Counted from the stretch's first letter, positions 27,122-37,746 are shown. The stretch: 64,000 nt of DNA from Lachnospiraceae bacterium (GCA_017434885.1 JAFSGE010000031.1:52968-116967), one strand, 5' to 3'. Translations and numbers: made by a program. The notes: generated from the letters alone by a model not told the origin.

Positions 27122-28660
27122 ATGGCAAAGTGGCTTGATGATGCAATTTTTTATGAAATTTATCCCCAGTCCTTCATGGATACCAATGCAGACGGTATTG
27201 GGGACTTTCAGGGAATTATTTCCAAACTGGATTATATTAAGGAACTGGGATGTAACGCTTTGTGGATAAACCCGTGCTTTAAATCACCCTTTGGGGATGC
27301 GGGATATGATGTGGAGGATTATTATACTATTGCTCCCAGATACGGAACCAATGAAGATGCCAAGCTGTTGTTTGAAGAAGTGCATAAACGCGGCATGCAT
27401 ATTTTGTTTGACTTAGTTCCCGGTCATACATCTGTGCAGCATCAGTGGTTTAAAGAGTCCATGAAACCGGAGCGAAATGAATTCAGTGACAGATATATCT
27501 GGACAGACAGTATTTGGGAATCACCGGAGGATTTACCCTGTCTTCGCGGTATTTCCGACAGGGACGGTTCCTGTTCCGTAAATTTCTTTTCCACTCAGCC
27601 GGCACTGAATTACGGATATTACAGAATTACCAAGCCTTGGCAGATGTCACCGGAGGATGAAGGACCTAAGGCAACTTTAGAGGCCATGAAGGATGTGATG
27701 CGCTTTTGGCTTACCATGGGCTGTGACGGATTCCGTGTGGATATGGCGGGTTCTCTTGTGAAACAGGATGAAGAAGGAAAAGGAACCATTGCCTTGTGGA
27801 AAAAGGTAAGAGGCTTCCTGGATGAGGAGTTCCCGGAGGCAGCGCTTGTTTCCGAGTGGGGCGAGCCGGATAAATCCTTGCAGGGAGGTTTCCATATGGA
27901 TTTCCTTCTGCATTTCGGACCCTCCCATTACAATGATTTGTTCCGTTGCGAACATCCTTATTTTAATAAAGAGGGTAAGGGAGACATTTCCGAGTTTGTT
28001 GCTAAGTACTTAGAAAATTATGAGAAATCCGAAAAGAAGGGGCTTATTTGTATTCCCTCCGGTAATCATGATATGGACAGACTGGCAAGAACTTTGGATG
28101 TGGAGGAAATGAAAGTGGCGTTTGCGTTTCTGCTTTCCATGCCGGGAGCACCGTTTATTTATTACGGGGATGAAATCGGCATGCGTTATGTGGAAGGGCT
28201 TACTTCTGTAGAGGGTGGCTACAACAGAACCGGTGCCCGTTCTCCCATGCAGTGGAACAGTGGTGTAAATGCCGGATTCAGCAGTGCTCCGAAAGAAAAA
28301 CTTTACATCAGACAGGATGAAAGTGCTGACAGACCTACGGTGGAAGCGCAGATGGCGGATAAGGACTCCCTGTATCATGAAATCAAGAAGCTGATTGCAG
28401 TAAGACAGTCCCACAAGGCGCTTCAGAGCAAGGGTGAAATTGAATTTGTTTTTGCAGAGAAAGACAGTTATCCTTTTGCATATTTGAGAAGTATGGAGGG
28501 TGAAAGAATTCTTGTTGTAATCAATCCTTCCGATAAGGAAGTAAGCTTTAAAAGTGATTTGCAGCTTAATGAGATAATTTATTCTTATCATGGAGAGGCA
28601 AAAGCGCAAGGTGGTAAGATAAGTGTACCTGCAAGCAGCGTGAGTTTTATCCTTGTATAA
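27122..28660 (+). CDS. GH13 alpha-amylase-family enzyme (alpha-glucosidase / oligo-1,6-glucosidase-like)
   Basis: The start is moved to 27122 (RBS 'aaggag'). GH13 conserved regions are 'DLVPGHTS', 'GFRVDMAG', 'VSEWGE' and 'SGNHDMDR'. Confidence 0.85.
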   Translation: MAKWLDDAIFYEIYPQSFMDTNADGIGDFQGIISKLDYIKELGCNALWINPCFKSPFGDAGYDVEDYYTIAPRYGTNEDAKLLFEEVHKRGMHILFDLVPGHTSVQHQWFKESMKPERNEFSDRYIWTDSIWESPEDLPCLRGISDRDGSCSVNFFSTQPALNYGYYRITKPWQMSPEDEGPKATLEAMKDVMRFWLTMGCDGFRVDMAGSLVKQDEEGKGTIALWKKVRGFLDEEFPEAALVSEWGEPDKSLQGGFHMDFLLHFGPSHYNDLFRCEHPYFNKEGKGDISEFVAKYLENYEKSEKKGLICIPSGNHDMDRLARTLDVEEMKVAFAFLLSMPGAPFIYYGDEIGMRYVEGLTSVEGGYNRTGARSPMQWNSGVNAGFSSAPKEKLYIRQDESADRPTVEAQMADKDSLYHEIKKLIAVRQSHKALQSKGEIEFVFAEKDSYPFAYLRSMEGERILVVINPSDKEVSFKSDLQLNEIIYSYHGEAKAQGGKISVPASSVSFILV

Positions 28661-28715
28661 CATGACAATGATGGAAGAGAGCATAGCCGGTGAGTTGGCT
28701 ATGCTCTTTTGGCTT

Positions 28716-29213
28716 TTAATAAGTGCGTCTGATTTCTCCGCAGGCAATTCTTGTGCCGGAGTTGCCGGCAGGCTGTGAGCGGAAGTCATCGGTGGATGAA
28801 TGAATAATGACAGATTTACCAATGATTTCGTCTATTGTAAATCGTTTGTCATAGAATGCCATCCACGCATAGCCTTGATTGGCAAGAAGCGGCGGCATGT
28901 CACCGGCATGGTCGGGATGCGGTCGGTTTTTGGGATTGTAATGTCCGCCGGCACTGTCAAAGTTTCCGCGGCAATTCCCAAACTCGTGAATATGAAAGGC
29001 ATAAAAATCCGAAGAATCAGGAGTATCAATATTTGGAAGACCGAAAAATTCTGCTTCTACCAAAATACCGCCATAAGAGGTCTGATAAAATTTGACAAGA
29101 CCGCTGATTTGCGGATTACTTGCATTACCGGTTACCCATGCAGTAGCATCAGGACGTTCCCCCAGAAGAAGTCCGGTGAAAGAGAGTCTGGGCGTGATTT
29201 CATAATGTGTCAT
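28716..29213 (-). CDS. Cu/Zn superoxide dismutase-family protein without an evident signal peptide
   Basis: Metal-ligand contexts are 'FHIHEFGNC', 'GGHYNP', 'HPDHAGD' and 'VIIHSSTDD'. The N-terminus 'MTHYEITPRLSFTGL' is not signal-peptide-like. Confidence 0.8.
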   Translation of the reverse strand: MTHYEITPRLSFTGLLLGERPDATAWVTGNASNPQISGLVKFYQTSYGGILVEAEFFGLPNIDTPDSSDFYAFHIHEFGNCRGNFDSAGGHYNPKNRPHPDHAGDMPPLLANQGYAWMAFYDKRFTIDEIIGKSVIIHSSTDDFRSQPAGNSGTRIACGEIRRTY

Positions 29214-29364
29214 GAGTATTTCCTTTTTTCTTTTTATTATATGAGGAATTGTGACGTAGGGGACTGTTTGCTCAAAAAAATGCAGTGTGTTACAATAAGA
29301 ACCAAAAGAAGCAGTTTTTTGATGAAAAGCAATAGACAGAGTATGAAAGAAGAAAGGACAGCAT

Positions 29365-30405
29365 ATGTTAGCATTTGAGTGTGATTACTTAGAAGGTGCC
29401 CATGAAAAGATTTTGCAGCGCCTTGTAGAAACTAATTATGAAAAGGCACCGGGGTATAGTGCCGACAAATATTGTGAAAGTGCCAAAGAAAAGATTAAGC
29501 AGGCGTGTAACTGCCCTGATGCAGAGATTTACTTTTTGGTAGGCGGCACACAGACCAATGCAATCGTTATTGATTCCATTCTTCAGAAATATGAAGGCGT
29601 GATTGCGGCAACCACAGGGCATGTAAATGTACACGAAGCAGGTGCCATTGAACATACCGGACATAAGGTGCTTACCGTACCTTCTTATCAGGGCAAAATG
29701 CAAGCAGAGGATGTGCGCAGTCTGCTTCAAGGCTTTTGGAATGATGCAAGCCATGACCACATGGTATTTCCGGGTATGGTTTATCTCTCTCATCCGACGG
29801 AGTACGGTACTTTGTACGGTAAACAGGAACTGAAGGAGATAGCTGATGTTTGCCGTGAATATAAGATTCCCCTCTTTTTGGACGGTGCACGTCTGGGATA
29901 CGGTCTGATGAGCAAAAATACTGATTTGACTTTAGAAGATATTGCGAAAATTTGTGATGTGTTTTATATCGGTGGCACAAAGGTGGGAGCCCTTTGCGGT
30001 GAAGCAGTTGTATTTACCGGGCAAAATATGCCGAAGCATTTTATGACTATGGTAAAGCAGCACGGTGCCATGCTTGCCAAGGGAAGACTGCTTGGCATCC
30101 AGTTTGATACTTTATTTACAGATAATCTTTATTTTGAAATTGCGGAACATGCTATTAATATGGCAGAGAAATTAAAGGAAGGATTCAGACAGAGAGGATA
30201 TTCTTTCTATCTGGATTCGCCCACCAATCAGCAGTTCATTATTTTATCAAAAGAAGAAATTGCAAAGCTTGCAGATAAAGTGACCTTTGATTTTTGGGAC
30301 CCGGTAGATGACAACCGACAGGTAGTCCGTTTTGCAACAAGCTGGGCAACAAAGGAAGAAGATATTGACGCACTGATGACATTGCTGGATGAAATAAAAC
30401 GATGA
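29365..30405 (+). CDS. PLP-dependent threonine aldolase-like (beta-eliminating lyase family) enzyme
   Basis: 346 aa. 'GGTQTN' and 'YIGGTKVGA' (candidate PLP lysine) fit the fold-type I threonine aldolase family. Confidence 0.7.
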   Translation: MLAFECDYLEGAHEKILQRLVETNYEKAPGYSADKYCESAKEKIKQACNCPDAEIYFLVGGTQTNAIVIDSILQKYEGVIAATTGHVNVHEAGAIEHTGHKVLTVPSYQGKMQAEDVRSLLQGFWNDASHDHMVFPGMVYLSHPTEYGTLYGKQELKEIADVCREYKIPLFLDGARLGYGLMSKNTDLTLEDIAKICDVFYIGGTKVGALCGEAVVFTGQNMPKHFMTMVKQHGAMLAKGRLLGIQFDTLFTDNLYFEIAEHAINMAEKLKEGFRQRGYSFYLDSPTNQQFIILSKEEIAKLADKVTFDFWDPVDDNRQVVRFATSWATKEEDIDALMTLLDEIKR

Positions 30406-30434
30406 TTGAAAGCAGTAGGTAACATGCCTTTAGA

Positions 30435-30463
30435 TTGACAGCTTTCAGGGCATATGATATGGT
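30435..30463 (+). promoter_or_regulatory. Candidate sigma-A promoter for the trpB-like gene
   Basis: TTGACA (30435-30440), a 17-nt spacer, and an extended -10 'TGaTATGGT'. Confidence 0.35.
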
Positions 30464-30544
30464 TTTTGATAATGAAAGCATTGGAAACGAGACGAAAATC
30501 ACATAAAGACAATTAGTAGTTAATTTACTGATACGGAGAAAGTT

Positions 30545-31930
30545 ATGAGTGAGAAGAAAATACCTTACAAAATCTATTTAGAAGAAAGTGAAATGCCGAA
30601 GCAGTGGTACAATATGCGTGCCGATATGAAAAATAAGCCGGCACCGCTGTTAAATCCTAAGACCCTACAGCCTATGACGCAGGAAGAACTCAGCAGTGTA
30701 TTCTGTGAGGAACTTTGCAGACAGGAATTGGATGAAAATACGGCATATTTTGATATCCCCGAAGAAATCAGGGATTTCTATAAGATGTACCGCCCATCAC
30801 CTTTGGTGCGTGCGTATTGTCTGGAAGAAAAGCTGCAGACGCCGGCAAAAATATATTACAAATTTGAAGGAAACAACACAAGCGGAAGCCATAAGCTTAA
30901 TTCTGCCATTGCACAGGCTTATTATGCAAAGAAGCAGGGGCTTAAGGGTGTTACCACAGAAACAGGAGCAGGACAGTGGGGAACGGCACTTTCCATGGCA
31001 TGTGCTTACTTCGGACTGGATTGTCAGGTGTATATGGTAAAGTGTTCCTATGAGCAGAAGCCTTTCCGCCGTGAAGTGATGAGAACCTATGGTGCAAATG
31101 TAACCCCTTCTCCTTCCAATACTACAGTTGTAGGACGCAAGATTTTACAGGAGTTTCCGGGAACAAACGGAAGTCTTGGCTGTGCGATTTCCGAGGCAGT
31201 GGAAGCAGCAGGTGCACAGACCGGATACCGCTATGTACTTGGCTCTGTACTGAATCAGGTATTGCTTCATCAGACAGTGATTGGTTTGGAGACCAAGGCG
31301 GCAATGGATAAGTATGATATTAAGCCGGATGTGATTATCGGTTGTGCCGGAGGTGGTTCCAATCTGGGCGGTTTGATTGCTCCTTTTATGGGTAAGCAGC
31401 TCCGTGGGGAAGAAAATTACGAATTTATCGCGGTAGAGCCGGCAACCTGCCCCAGCCTTACCAGAGGAAAATATGTGTACGATTACTGCGATACCGGAAA
31501 AGTGTGTCCTCTCTCCAAGATGTATACACTGGGTAGCGGTTATATGCCGGCAGGTACTCATGCGGGAGGTCTTCGCTATCATGGCATGAATCCGATTTTA
31601 TCACAGCTTTATGATGACGGATATATGAAGGCTGTCAGTGTGCATCAGACAGAAGTATTTAAGGCTGCACAGGAGTTTGCAAGGGTGGAAGGAATTCTTC
31701 CGGCACCGGAAAGCTCCCATGCCATTAAGATTGCCATTGACGAAGCTATGAAATGTAAGGAAACGGGAGAAGAAAAGACTATTCTGTTCGGTCTTACAGG
31801 TACAGGTTATTTTGATATGTTTGCCTATGCCCGTTACAATGATGGCGAAATGGTGGATTATAATCCCACAGATGAAGAAATTGCAAAGGGACTATCGGGA
31901 ATTCCGCAGATTCCGCAAAATGGTTTTTAG
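30545..31930 (+). CDS. trpB: TrpB-like PLP enzyme (tryptophan synthase beta chain, long TrpB2 class), stand-alone
   Basis: 461 aa. 'EGNNTSGSHKLNSA' carries the PLP-Lys context, and 'GCAGGGSNLGG' is the glycine loop. The extended N-terminus is typical of TrpB2. No trpA is adjacent. Confidence 0.8.
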   Translation: MSEKKIPYKIYLEESEMPKQWYNMRADMKNKPAPLLNPKTLQPMTQEELSSVFCEELCRQELDENTAYFDIPEEIRDFYKMYRPSPLVRAYCLEEKLQTPAKIYYKFEGNNTSGSHKLNSAIAQAYYAKKQGLKGVTTETGAGQWGTALSMACAYFGLDCQVYMVKCSYEQKPFRREVMRTYGANVTPSPSNTTVVGRKILQEFPGTNGSLGCAISEAVEAAGAQTGYRYVLGSVLNQVLLHQTVIGLETKAAMDKYDIKPDVIIGCAGGGSNLGGLIAPFMGKQLRGEENYEFIAVEPATCPSLTRGKYVYDYCDTGKVCPLSKMYTLGSGYMPAGTHAGGLRYHGMNPILSQLYDDGYMKAVSVHQTEVFKAAQEFARVEGILPAPESSHAIKIAIDEAMKCKETGEEKTILFGLTGTGYFDMFAYARYNDGEMVDYNPTDEEIAKGLSGIPQIPQNGF

Positions 31931-31969
31931 GAAGTTTTAACAAACCGTTAATATTTGAATAGTTGAATA

Positions 31970-32010
31970 AAGACCGCAAATCTGTTAAAATAAGACTTGC
32001 GGTCTTTTTT
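31970..32010 (+). terminator. Rho-independent terminator after the trpB-like gene
   Basis: The stem 'aagaccgcaa'/'ttgcggtctt' is followed by a T6 run. Confidence 0.8.
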
Positions 32011-32035
32011 AAATCTCAGTAAGAGAGGTAACAGT

Positions 32036-34603
32036 ATGAATTTAATTCAGAAGGTTTTTGGAACACACAGTGAAAGAGAATTAAAGAGAATAGAAAGTAC
32101 GGTACAGGCAATCGAGGATTTGCGCCCTTCTATGGCGGCACTTTCCGATGAGGAGCTGAAAGCGAAGACAGAGGAATTTAAGAGAAGACTTTCCGAGGGA
32201 GAAACCTTGGATGATCTTCTTCCCGAAGCATATGCAACAGTAAGGGAAGCGGCAAAACGTGTACTGAATATGGAACACTACAGAGTGCAGCTTATCGGTG
32301 GAATTATTCTGCATCAGGGACGTATTGCAGAGATGAGAACCGGTGAAGGTAAAACATTGGTATCCACATTGCCGGCATACTTAAATGCTCTTGAAGGAAA
32401 AGGTGTACATGTAGTAACCGTAAATGACTATCTGGCAAAACGTGATGCTGAGTGGATGGGTGAAGTACACAAATTCTTAGGGCTTACTGTTGGCGTTGTT
32501 TTGAACCATATGAAACCCGAAGAGAGAAGAGAAGCTTATAATTGTGACATTACTTATGTGACCAATAACGAACTGGGATTTGATTATCTGCGTGATAACA
32601 TGGTAATTTACAAAGCACAGCTTGTACTTCGTGATTTACATTATGCAATTATCGACGAGGTTGACTCTGTGCTAATTGACGAAGCCAGAACACCCCTTAT
32701 CATTTCCGGTCAGAGCGGTAAATCCACCAAGCTTTATGAGGTGTGTGATATTCTTGCCAGACAGATGAGACGTGGTGAAGATATGGCAGACCTTAGCAAA
32801 ATGGATGCCATTATGGGTGTGGAACGTGAAGAAACCGGAGATTTTATTGTTAATGAGAAAGATAAAGTAGTAAATCTTACGGCACAGGGTGTTGAGAGAG
32901 TAGAAAAATTCTTCCAGATTGATAACCTTGCAGACCCGGAAAATATTGAAATACAGCACAATATTACCCTGGCACTTCGTGCACATAATCTGATGTTCCG
33001 TGACCAGGACTATGTGGTAAAAGATGACCAGGTTATGATTGTAGATGAATTTACCGGACGTATTATGCCGGGACGCCGTTATTCCGACGGTTTGCATCAG
33101 GCAATTGAAGCAAAGGAGCATGTAAAGGTAAAGAGGGAAAGCAAGACACTTGCAACCATTACCTTCCAGAATTTCTTCAATAAATTTGCAAAGAAGGCCG
33201 GTATGACCGGTACGGCGCTTACCGAAGAAAAGGAATTCCGCGATATTTACGGAATGGATGTTATTGAAATTCCCACCAACAAGCCTGTAGCCAGAAAAGA
33301 TTTACAGGATGCGGTGTATAAGACTAAGAAAGAGAAATTGCATGCCATTGTAGAAGCGGTAAAAGAGGCACATGCAAAGGGACAGCCTGTACTGGTTGGT
33401 ACCATTACCATTGAGGCTTCCGAAGAAATCAGCAGACTCCTTACCAAGCAGGGAATCTCTCACAAGGTATTGAACGCAAAGTTTCACGAAATGGAAGCCG
33501 AGATTGTTGCCGATGCAGGTATTCACGGTGCAGTTACCATTGCTACCAACATGGCAGGTCGTGGTACGGATATCAAACTGGACGACGAGGCAAAAGCAGC
33601 CGGCGGACTGAAAATCATCGGTACAGAGCGACATGAATCCAGACGTATTGACAATCAGCTTCGTGGTCGTGCCGGACGTCAGGGTGACCCCGGTGAATCT
33701 AAGTTTTATATTGCGCTTGAGGATGACCTGATGCGTTTGTTTGGTTCTGAGCGCTTGATTGGTATGTTTAATACGCTTGGTATTCCCGAAAATCAGGAAA
33801 TTGAACATAAAGCGTTAACAAATGCCATTGAATCGGCACAGAAAAAGATTGAAAATAATAACTTTGGTATCAGAAAGAATTTGCTTGAGTATGATCAGGT
33901 AATGAATGAACAGAGAGAAATCATCTATGAAGAGAGACTTCGTGTATTAAACGGTGAAAGTATGCGCGATGCGATTTACAAGATGATTACGGATATTACA
34001 GAGAACAGCGTAGACATTTCCATTGGCGATGATTCCGATTTTGAAGATTGGGATTTAGACGAACTGAATACCCTTTTGCTTCCTACCGTGCCGTTAAAGC
34101 CGGTTAGCAGAGGACGTATCAATACACCAAAGAAGAATGCGCTGAAACAGCAGCTTAAGGAAGAAGCGGTTAAGCTATATGAAGCAAAAGAGGCAGAGTT
34201 CCCGGAACCCGAAGCAATCAGAGAATTAGAGCGCGTTATCCTGCTGAAAGTGATTGACCGTAAGTGGATGGATCACATTGATGATATGGATCAGCTTCGC
34301 CAGGGCGTGGGTCTACAGGCATACGGACAGAGAGACCCGCTTGTAGAATACAAACTCAGCGGATATGACATGTTTGATGAAATGACACAGAACATCAAGG
34401 AAGAAACGGTAAGAGTATTATTCCATGTCCGCGTAGAGCAGAAGGTAGAAAGAGAACAGGTTGCCAAGGTGACAGGTACCAATAAAGATGACTCCGTGGC
34501 AAAAGCTCCCGTAAAGAGAGAAGTTGCAAAAGTGTATCCAAACGACCCCTGTCCATGCGGAAGTGGTAAAAAATATAAACAGTGTTGTGGACGCAAAGCA
34601 TAA
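32036..34603 (+). CDS. secA: Preprotein translocase ATPase SecA
   Basis: The start is moved to 32036 (RBS 'agagagg'). 'MRTGEGKTL' is Walker A. '[19 protein letters not shown]' is present, and the C-terminal zinc motif is '[14 protein letters not shown]'. Confidence 0.95.
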   Translation: MNLIQKVFGTHSERELKRIESTVQAIEDLRPSMAALSDEELKAKTEEFKRRLSEGETLDDLLPEAYATVREAAKRVLNMEHYRVQLIGGIILHQGRIAEMRTGEGKTLVSTLPAYLNALEGKGVHVVTVNDYLAKRDAEWMGEVHKFLGLTVGVVLNHMKPEERREAYNCDITYVTNNELGFDYLRDNMVIYKAQLVLRDLHYAIIDEVDSVLIDEARTPLIISGQSGKSTKLYEVCDILARQMRRGEDMADLSKMDAIMGVEREETGDFIVNEKDKVVNLTAQGVERVEKFFQIDNLADPENIEIQHNITLALRAHNLMFRDQDYVVKDDQVMIVDEFTGRIMPGRRYSDGLHQAIEAKEHVKVKRESKTLATITFQNFFNKFAKKAGMTGTALTEEKEFRDIYGMDVIEIPTNKPVARKDLQDAVYKTKKEKLHAIVEAVKEAHAKGQPVLVGTITIEASEEISRLLTKQGISHKVLNAKFHEMEAEIVADAGIHGAVTIATNMAGRGTDIKLDDEAKAAGGLKIIGTERHESRRIDNQLRGRAGRQGDPGESKFYIALEDDLMRLFGSERLIGMFNTLGIPENQEIEHKALTNAIESAQKKIENNNFGIRKNLLEYDQVMNEQREIIYEERLRVLNGESMRDAIYKMITDITENSVDISIGDDSDFEDWDLDELNTLLLPTVPLKPVSRGRINTPKKNALKQQLKEEAVKLYEAKEAEFPEPEAIRELERVILLKVIDRKWMDHIDDMDQLRQGVGLQAYGQRDPLVEYKLSGYDMFDEMTQNIKEETVRVLFHVRVEQKVEREQVAKVTGTNKDDSVAKAPVKREVAKVYPNDPCPCGSGKKYKQCCGRKA

Positions 34604-34674
34604 AGTAAGAATATGTTTTGATAAGATGTTATGAAAATTAATGAAATTCAAATTCAGAAAGAGGTGAACGTTAA

Positions 34675-35797
34675 GTGGTAGAATTAGACCAGATGAAGTC
34701 TGAGCTTTTGGCTTATGAAACCCCTTTAGCGGAAGTGAGGGATTCACTTTGACTTAGACAGTAAGTCAAAGAAAATTGAGGAATTGGAAAGAGAAATGGA
34801 AGCTCCCGGTTTTTGGGATGACCCGGATATTTCCAATCAAAAAATGAAAGAACTTAAAAATTTAAAAGATACCGTAGATACCATGAACGGACTTTGCAGT
34901 CAGTATGAGGACATTGAGACGTTGATTGAAATGGGCTATGAGGAAGAAGATGCAGAGCTTGCGGCAGATATCCGTACGGAGTTAGATGAGTTTATTTCCA
35001 CCTTTGAAGATATCCGAATCAGTACGCTTTTGTCGGGAGAATACGATAATAACAATGCGATTTTGAAGCTGAATGCCGGAGCCGGCGGAACCGAAAGCTG
35101 TGACTGGTGCAGCATGCTTTATCGTATGTATACCAGATGGGCGGAGAGAAAAGGGTTTTCCGTGGAAGTACTTGATTATCTGGATGGTGATGAAGCGGGA
35201 ATTAAGTCTGTTACGTTTCAGGTAAATGGCGTAAATGCTTACGGTTATCTGAAATCTGAAAAAGGCGTGCATCGTCTGGTGCGTATTTCGCCCTTTAATG
35301 CACAGGGCAAACGTCAGACTTCCTTTGTGTCACTGGATGTCATGCCGGATATCGAGGAAGATGTGGACATTGAAATCAATAACGATGATTTGCGTATCGA
35401 CACTTACCGAAGCAGTGGTGCCGGTGGACAGCATATCAATAAGACATCATCCGCTATCCGTATCACGCATCTCCCTACAGGAATTGTGGTACAATGCCAG
35501 AATGAACGTTCCCAGTTCCAGAACAAGGATAAGGCAATGCAGATGCTCAAGGCAAAGCTTTACATGTTGCAGAAAGAGGCTAATGCGGAGAAACTTTCCG
35601 ATATCAGAGGTGAAGTGAAAGAAATCGGATGGGGAAATCAAATTCGTTCTTATGTCATGCAGCCTTACACTATGGTGAAAGACCACAGAACTGAGGCAGA
35701 AACGGGAAACGTGGATGCAGTGATGGATGGTGCGCTGGATTTGTTTATCAATGCGTACCTGAAATGGATTAATACCAAGCCGGAGAGCGAAAACTAA
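34675..35797 (+). CDS. prfB: Peptide chain release factor 2, requiring a programmed +1 frameshift at 34747-34753
   Basis: Frame 0 runs from GTG 34675 to 'CTT TGA' (34747-34752) and encodes 'VVELDQMKSELLAYETPLAEVRDSL'. The +1 frame from 34751 continues 'DLDSKSKKIEELEREMEAPGFWDD...'. The SPF ('RISPFNAQ') and GGQ ('GAGGQHINK') motifs are present. The ORF track shows only 34784-35797. Confidence 0.9.
34735..34753 (+). promoter_or_regulatory. prfB autoregulatory +1 frameshift site
   Basis: 'gtgAGGgattcaCTTTGAC' has an internal SD-like GAGG followed by the canonical CUU UGA C slippery/stop context. Confidence 0.85.
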
Positions 35798-35827
35798 AAA
35801 AGAGAATTGCAAAAAATAAAAATGAAA

Positions 35828-35876
35828 GCCGGACAGTATCGTGTTCCTAAGAACCGATGTTGTCCGGCATTTTTTC
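35828..35876. terminator. Bidirectional terminator between prfB (+) and the DUF975 gene (-)
   Basis: The stem 'gccggaca'/'tgtccggc' has extended imperfect pairing. It is flanked by an A-rich tract 5' and 'attttttc' 3'. Confidence 0.75.
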
Positions 35877-35882
35877 ATTTTC

Positions 35883-36599
35883 CTAACCCTTCTTTTTCAT
35901 CAGGTCGAGATAAAAGTTTGCCTGCACAGCCTGCATATAAGGGAATATCCATAAATAGGTGATGCAACAGCTGCATAATCCCAAACAAAGCAGTGGAAGG
36001 AAAGAAAGTTCAATATAGAACAGTCTTCCGCGGTTTCCTTTCATGATGCGTTTGCTCTGTGTAAATAACTCCTTGGGAGAGTGATTCGGAAAGTCAAGCA
36101 TCAAATAATAACATTGTGAGTATGTCAGTGAAAAAATCACATTGACGGCAGTTGCGATAATGGTGAGAATTACGTAAATAAGCATTAAGTAAGGATTCTC
36201 CGGATTTTGCATCAGAGACGGAGAAAGCAATTCGGGAAGGGAACACGCCAGACTCACCATTGCAAATACAAACTGAACCTTCAATATTTTGTCGGGAACT
36301 GTTTGAAAGCCGTGAAATAAATCGTTAACAGTTACCTGCTGATTACATGCAATTTTGAGATAAATATAGGCTTCTCCGTAAAGGAACAATCCACCCAAAA
36401 GATTTACCAACACACTTATTGCATAAAGGATAATTGTCCCGATTACGGTTGATGTATCTACCAGTAAAGAGGCGCTGAATGTGGTAAAAGCAATACAACA
36501 CAAATGGATGGCATAAGCAGCTACCAACGTACCGTATTTGCCAAGTAATTGTCCTTTTGCCAGTGATTTCAGACTGGCAGAGGAAAGATGTTTATTCAT
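35883..36599 (-). CDS. DUF975-family integral membrane protein
   Basis: 238 aa. The start 'SLKSLAKGQLLGKYG' and about five TM helices are typical of DUF975. Confidence 0.65.
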   Translation of the reverse strand: MNKHLSSASLKSLAKGQLLGKYGTLVAAYAIHLCCIAFTTFSASLLVDTSTVIGTIILYAISVLVNLLGGLFLYGEAYIYLKIACNQQVTVNDLFHGFQTVPDKILKVQFVFAMVSLACSLPELLSPSLMQNPENPYLMLIYVILTIIATAVNVIFSLTYSQCYYLMLDFPNHSPKELFTQSKRIMKGNRGRLFYIELSFLPLLCLGLCSCCITYLWIFPYMQAVQANFYLDLMKKKG

Positions 36600-36651
36600 A
36601 AATAAAAAACTCCTGTGATAGCATAATTAAGTAGTCAAATCGCCAAAGTGT

Positions 36652-37134
36652 TTAAACGGCAACGTCCAGATTCATACCAATGAAAGCAGCAGCGTCTGCA
36701 CTCTTTTTGTTTTGCTGATAAGGATTGGACTCATCGCTGTAGCTGATTTTGGTTGCGGTGGTTCCTCCGGCAACATAGCTGCGTCCGCATTCCGGACAAA
36801 TAGCAGTTTTAAGGGTTACATTGGCTGCTAAAACCTTGCCCCCTTCTTTGGCTGCTTTTTTAAATGCGTTGCTGACATGCTCCTGCTCGTGAGCGCGTAC
36901 TCTGGAAGCGGAGGCTTCGGGAGAAATATGTGCTGCTGATTTAAAAGATACCATTTCATCAGAGCCGTCCTGATATTTGCGGTTGCTGCAGGTTTCACAT
37001 TCTGCAGGAGAAGACTTGCGTCCGGGAGTTACTTCCGTGGAAGCACCGGGATTTTTGACAACTGCATTTGATGAGGGGATAGACCCCACCGAATAAGTAT
37101 ATGGTGCGGCATAGCCGCTGATTCCGTTTATCAT
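36652..37134 (-). CDS. SprA-related (putative metalloprotease CJM1_0395-like) family protein
   Basis: 'CETCSNRKYQDGSDEMVSFKSAAHISPEASASRVRAHEQEHV' and 'CPECGRSYVAGG' match the conserved core of the family. Confidence 0.6.
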   Translation of the reverse strand: MINGISGYAAPYTYSVGSIPSSNAVVKNPGASTEVTPGRKSSPAECETCSNRKYQDGSDEMVSFKSAAHISPEASASRVRAHEQEHVSNAFKKAAKEGGKVLAANVTLKTAICPECGRSYVAGGTTATKISYSDESNPYQQNKKSADAAAFIGMNLDVAV

Positions 37135-37146
37135 AAAGACTCCTTT

Positions 37147-37590
37147 CTACCGAAATAAATCGGCGTAATCTTCCATCATGTCTTCAAAAGAATAACCAAA
37201 CATTTCTTCTGAGGTCTGACCGTACATTGCTTCACAGGTGGCGTCATATTGCCTTCCGACTTCTACCAAAACATCGGGATTGGATATCAGCATAATAAAG
37301 GAAGATACAAACATGGCGGTAGTGATGCAAAAGCTGCCAAGTCCGCAGATAAATCCAACCTTTGCCTGCGTAAGCATTTTTTTGCCGTAACCTTTGGATA
37401 ACAGGGCGAAGACAATTGCCAGACTGCCAAAAAGCAGAGGCATGAAAACTGTCAATGCAGTGCATATGGCAGCAACTCCCAAAAAGAGAGAAGTGGATGC
37501 CATGTTAAGTCCGGGATTACGGAAGGTTTGCGGTTCGTTGTATGGTTGATTCCCCGAAGGAGAGGAATTTGACTGATTGTTAAAGTCCAT
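37147..37590 (-). CDS. Small membrane protein (DUF4190-like)
   Basis: It has an N-terminal Asn/Ser/Pro-rich tail and then three hydrophobic helices. The start is uncertain (the track start is 37635). Confidence 0.55.
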   Translation of the reverse strand: MDFNNQSNSSPSGNQPYNEPQTFRNPGLNMASTSLFLGVAAICTALTVFMPLLFGSLAIVFALLSKGYGKKMLTQAKVGFICGLGSFCITTAMFVSSFIMLISNPDVLVEVGRQYDATCEAMYGQTSEEMFGYSFEDMMEDYADLFR

Positions 37591-37746
37591 AATATCCCAC
37601 TTTCTAATCATTCTATGGTAATTATATAGTAACATTTTATGGCAGAGAATACAAGTAAGCCGACCTTGAAAAAAACATTTGTTTTCACTATAATAGTTGT
37701 GAGGGGCTTCCCGTAAAAAGGAAAAAAGAAGTAAAGGACAGAGAAT

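Noticed and set aside
28010-28822. 270-aa minus-strand ORF
   Set aside because: It lies antisense to the GH13 gene, which carries all four GH13 signature regions. It has no family resemblance and no RBS.
30406-30544. A T-box or riboswitch leader upstream of the trpB-like gene, and likewise at 29214-29364 upstream of the aldolase-like gene
   Set aside because: I could not find a T-box consensus, a specifier-loop architecture or a terminator/antiterminator pair. Only a promoter-like element is supported.
31997-32035. Extended N-termini given by the ORF track for secA, and similarly at 1721, 6864, 10219, 15746, 25753, 27098, 43163, 43621 and 46252
   Set aside because: Internal ATGs have canonical GGAGG-type RBSs at 6-9 nt. 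The extensions overlap terminators or upstream genes and do not match family N-termini.
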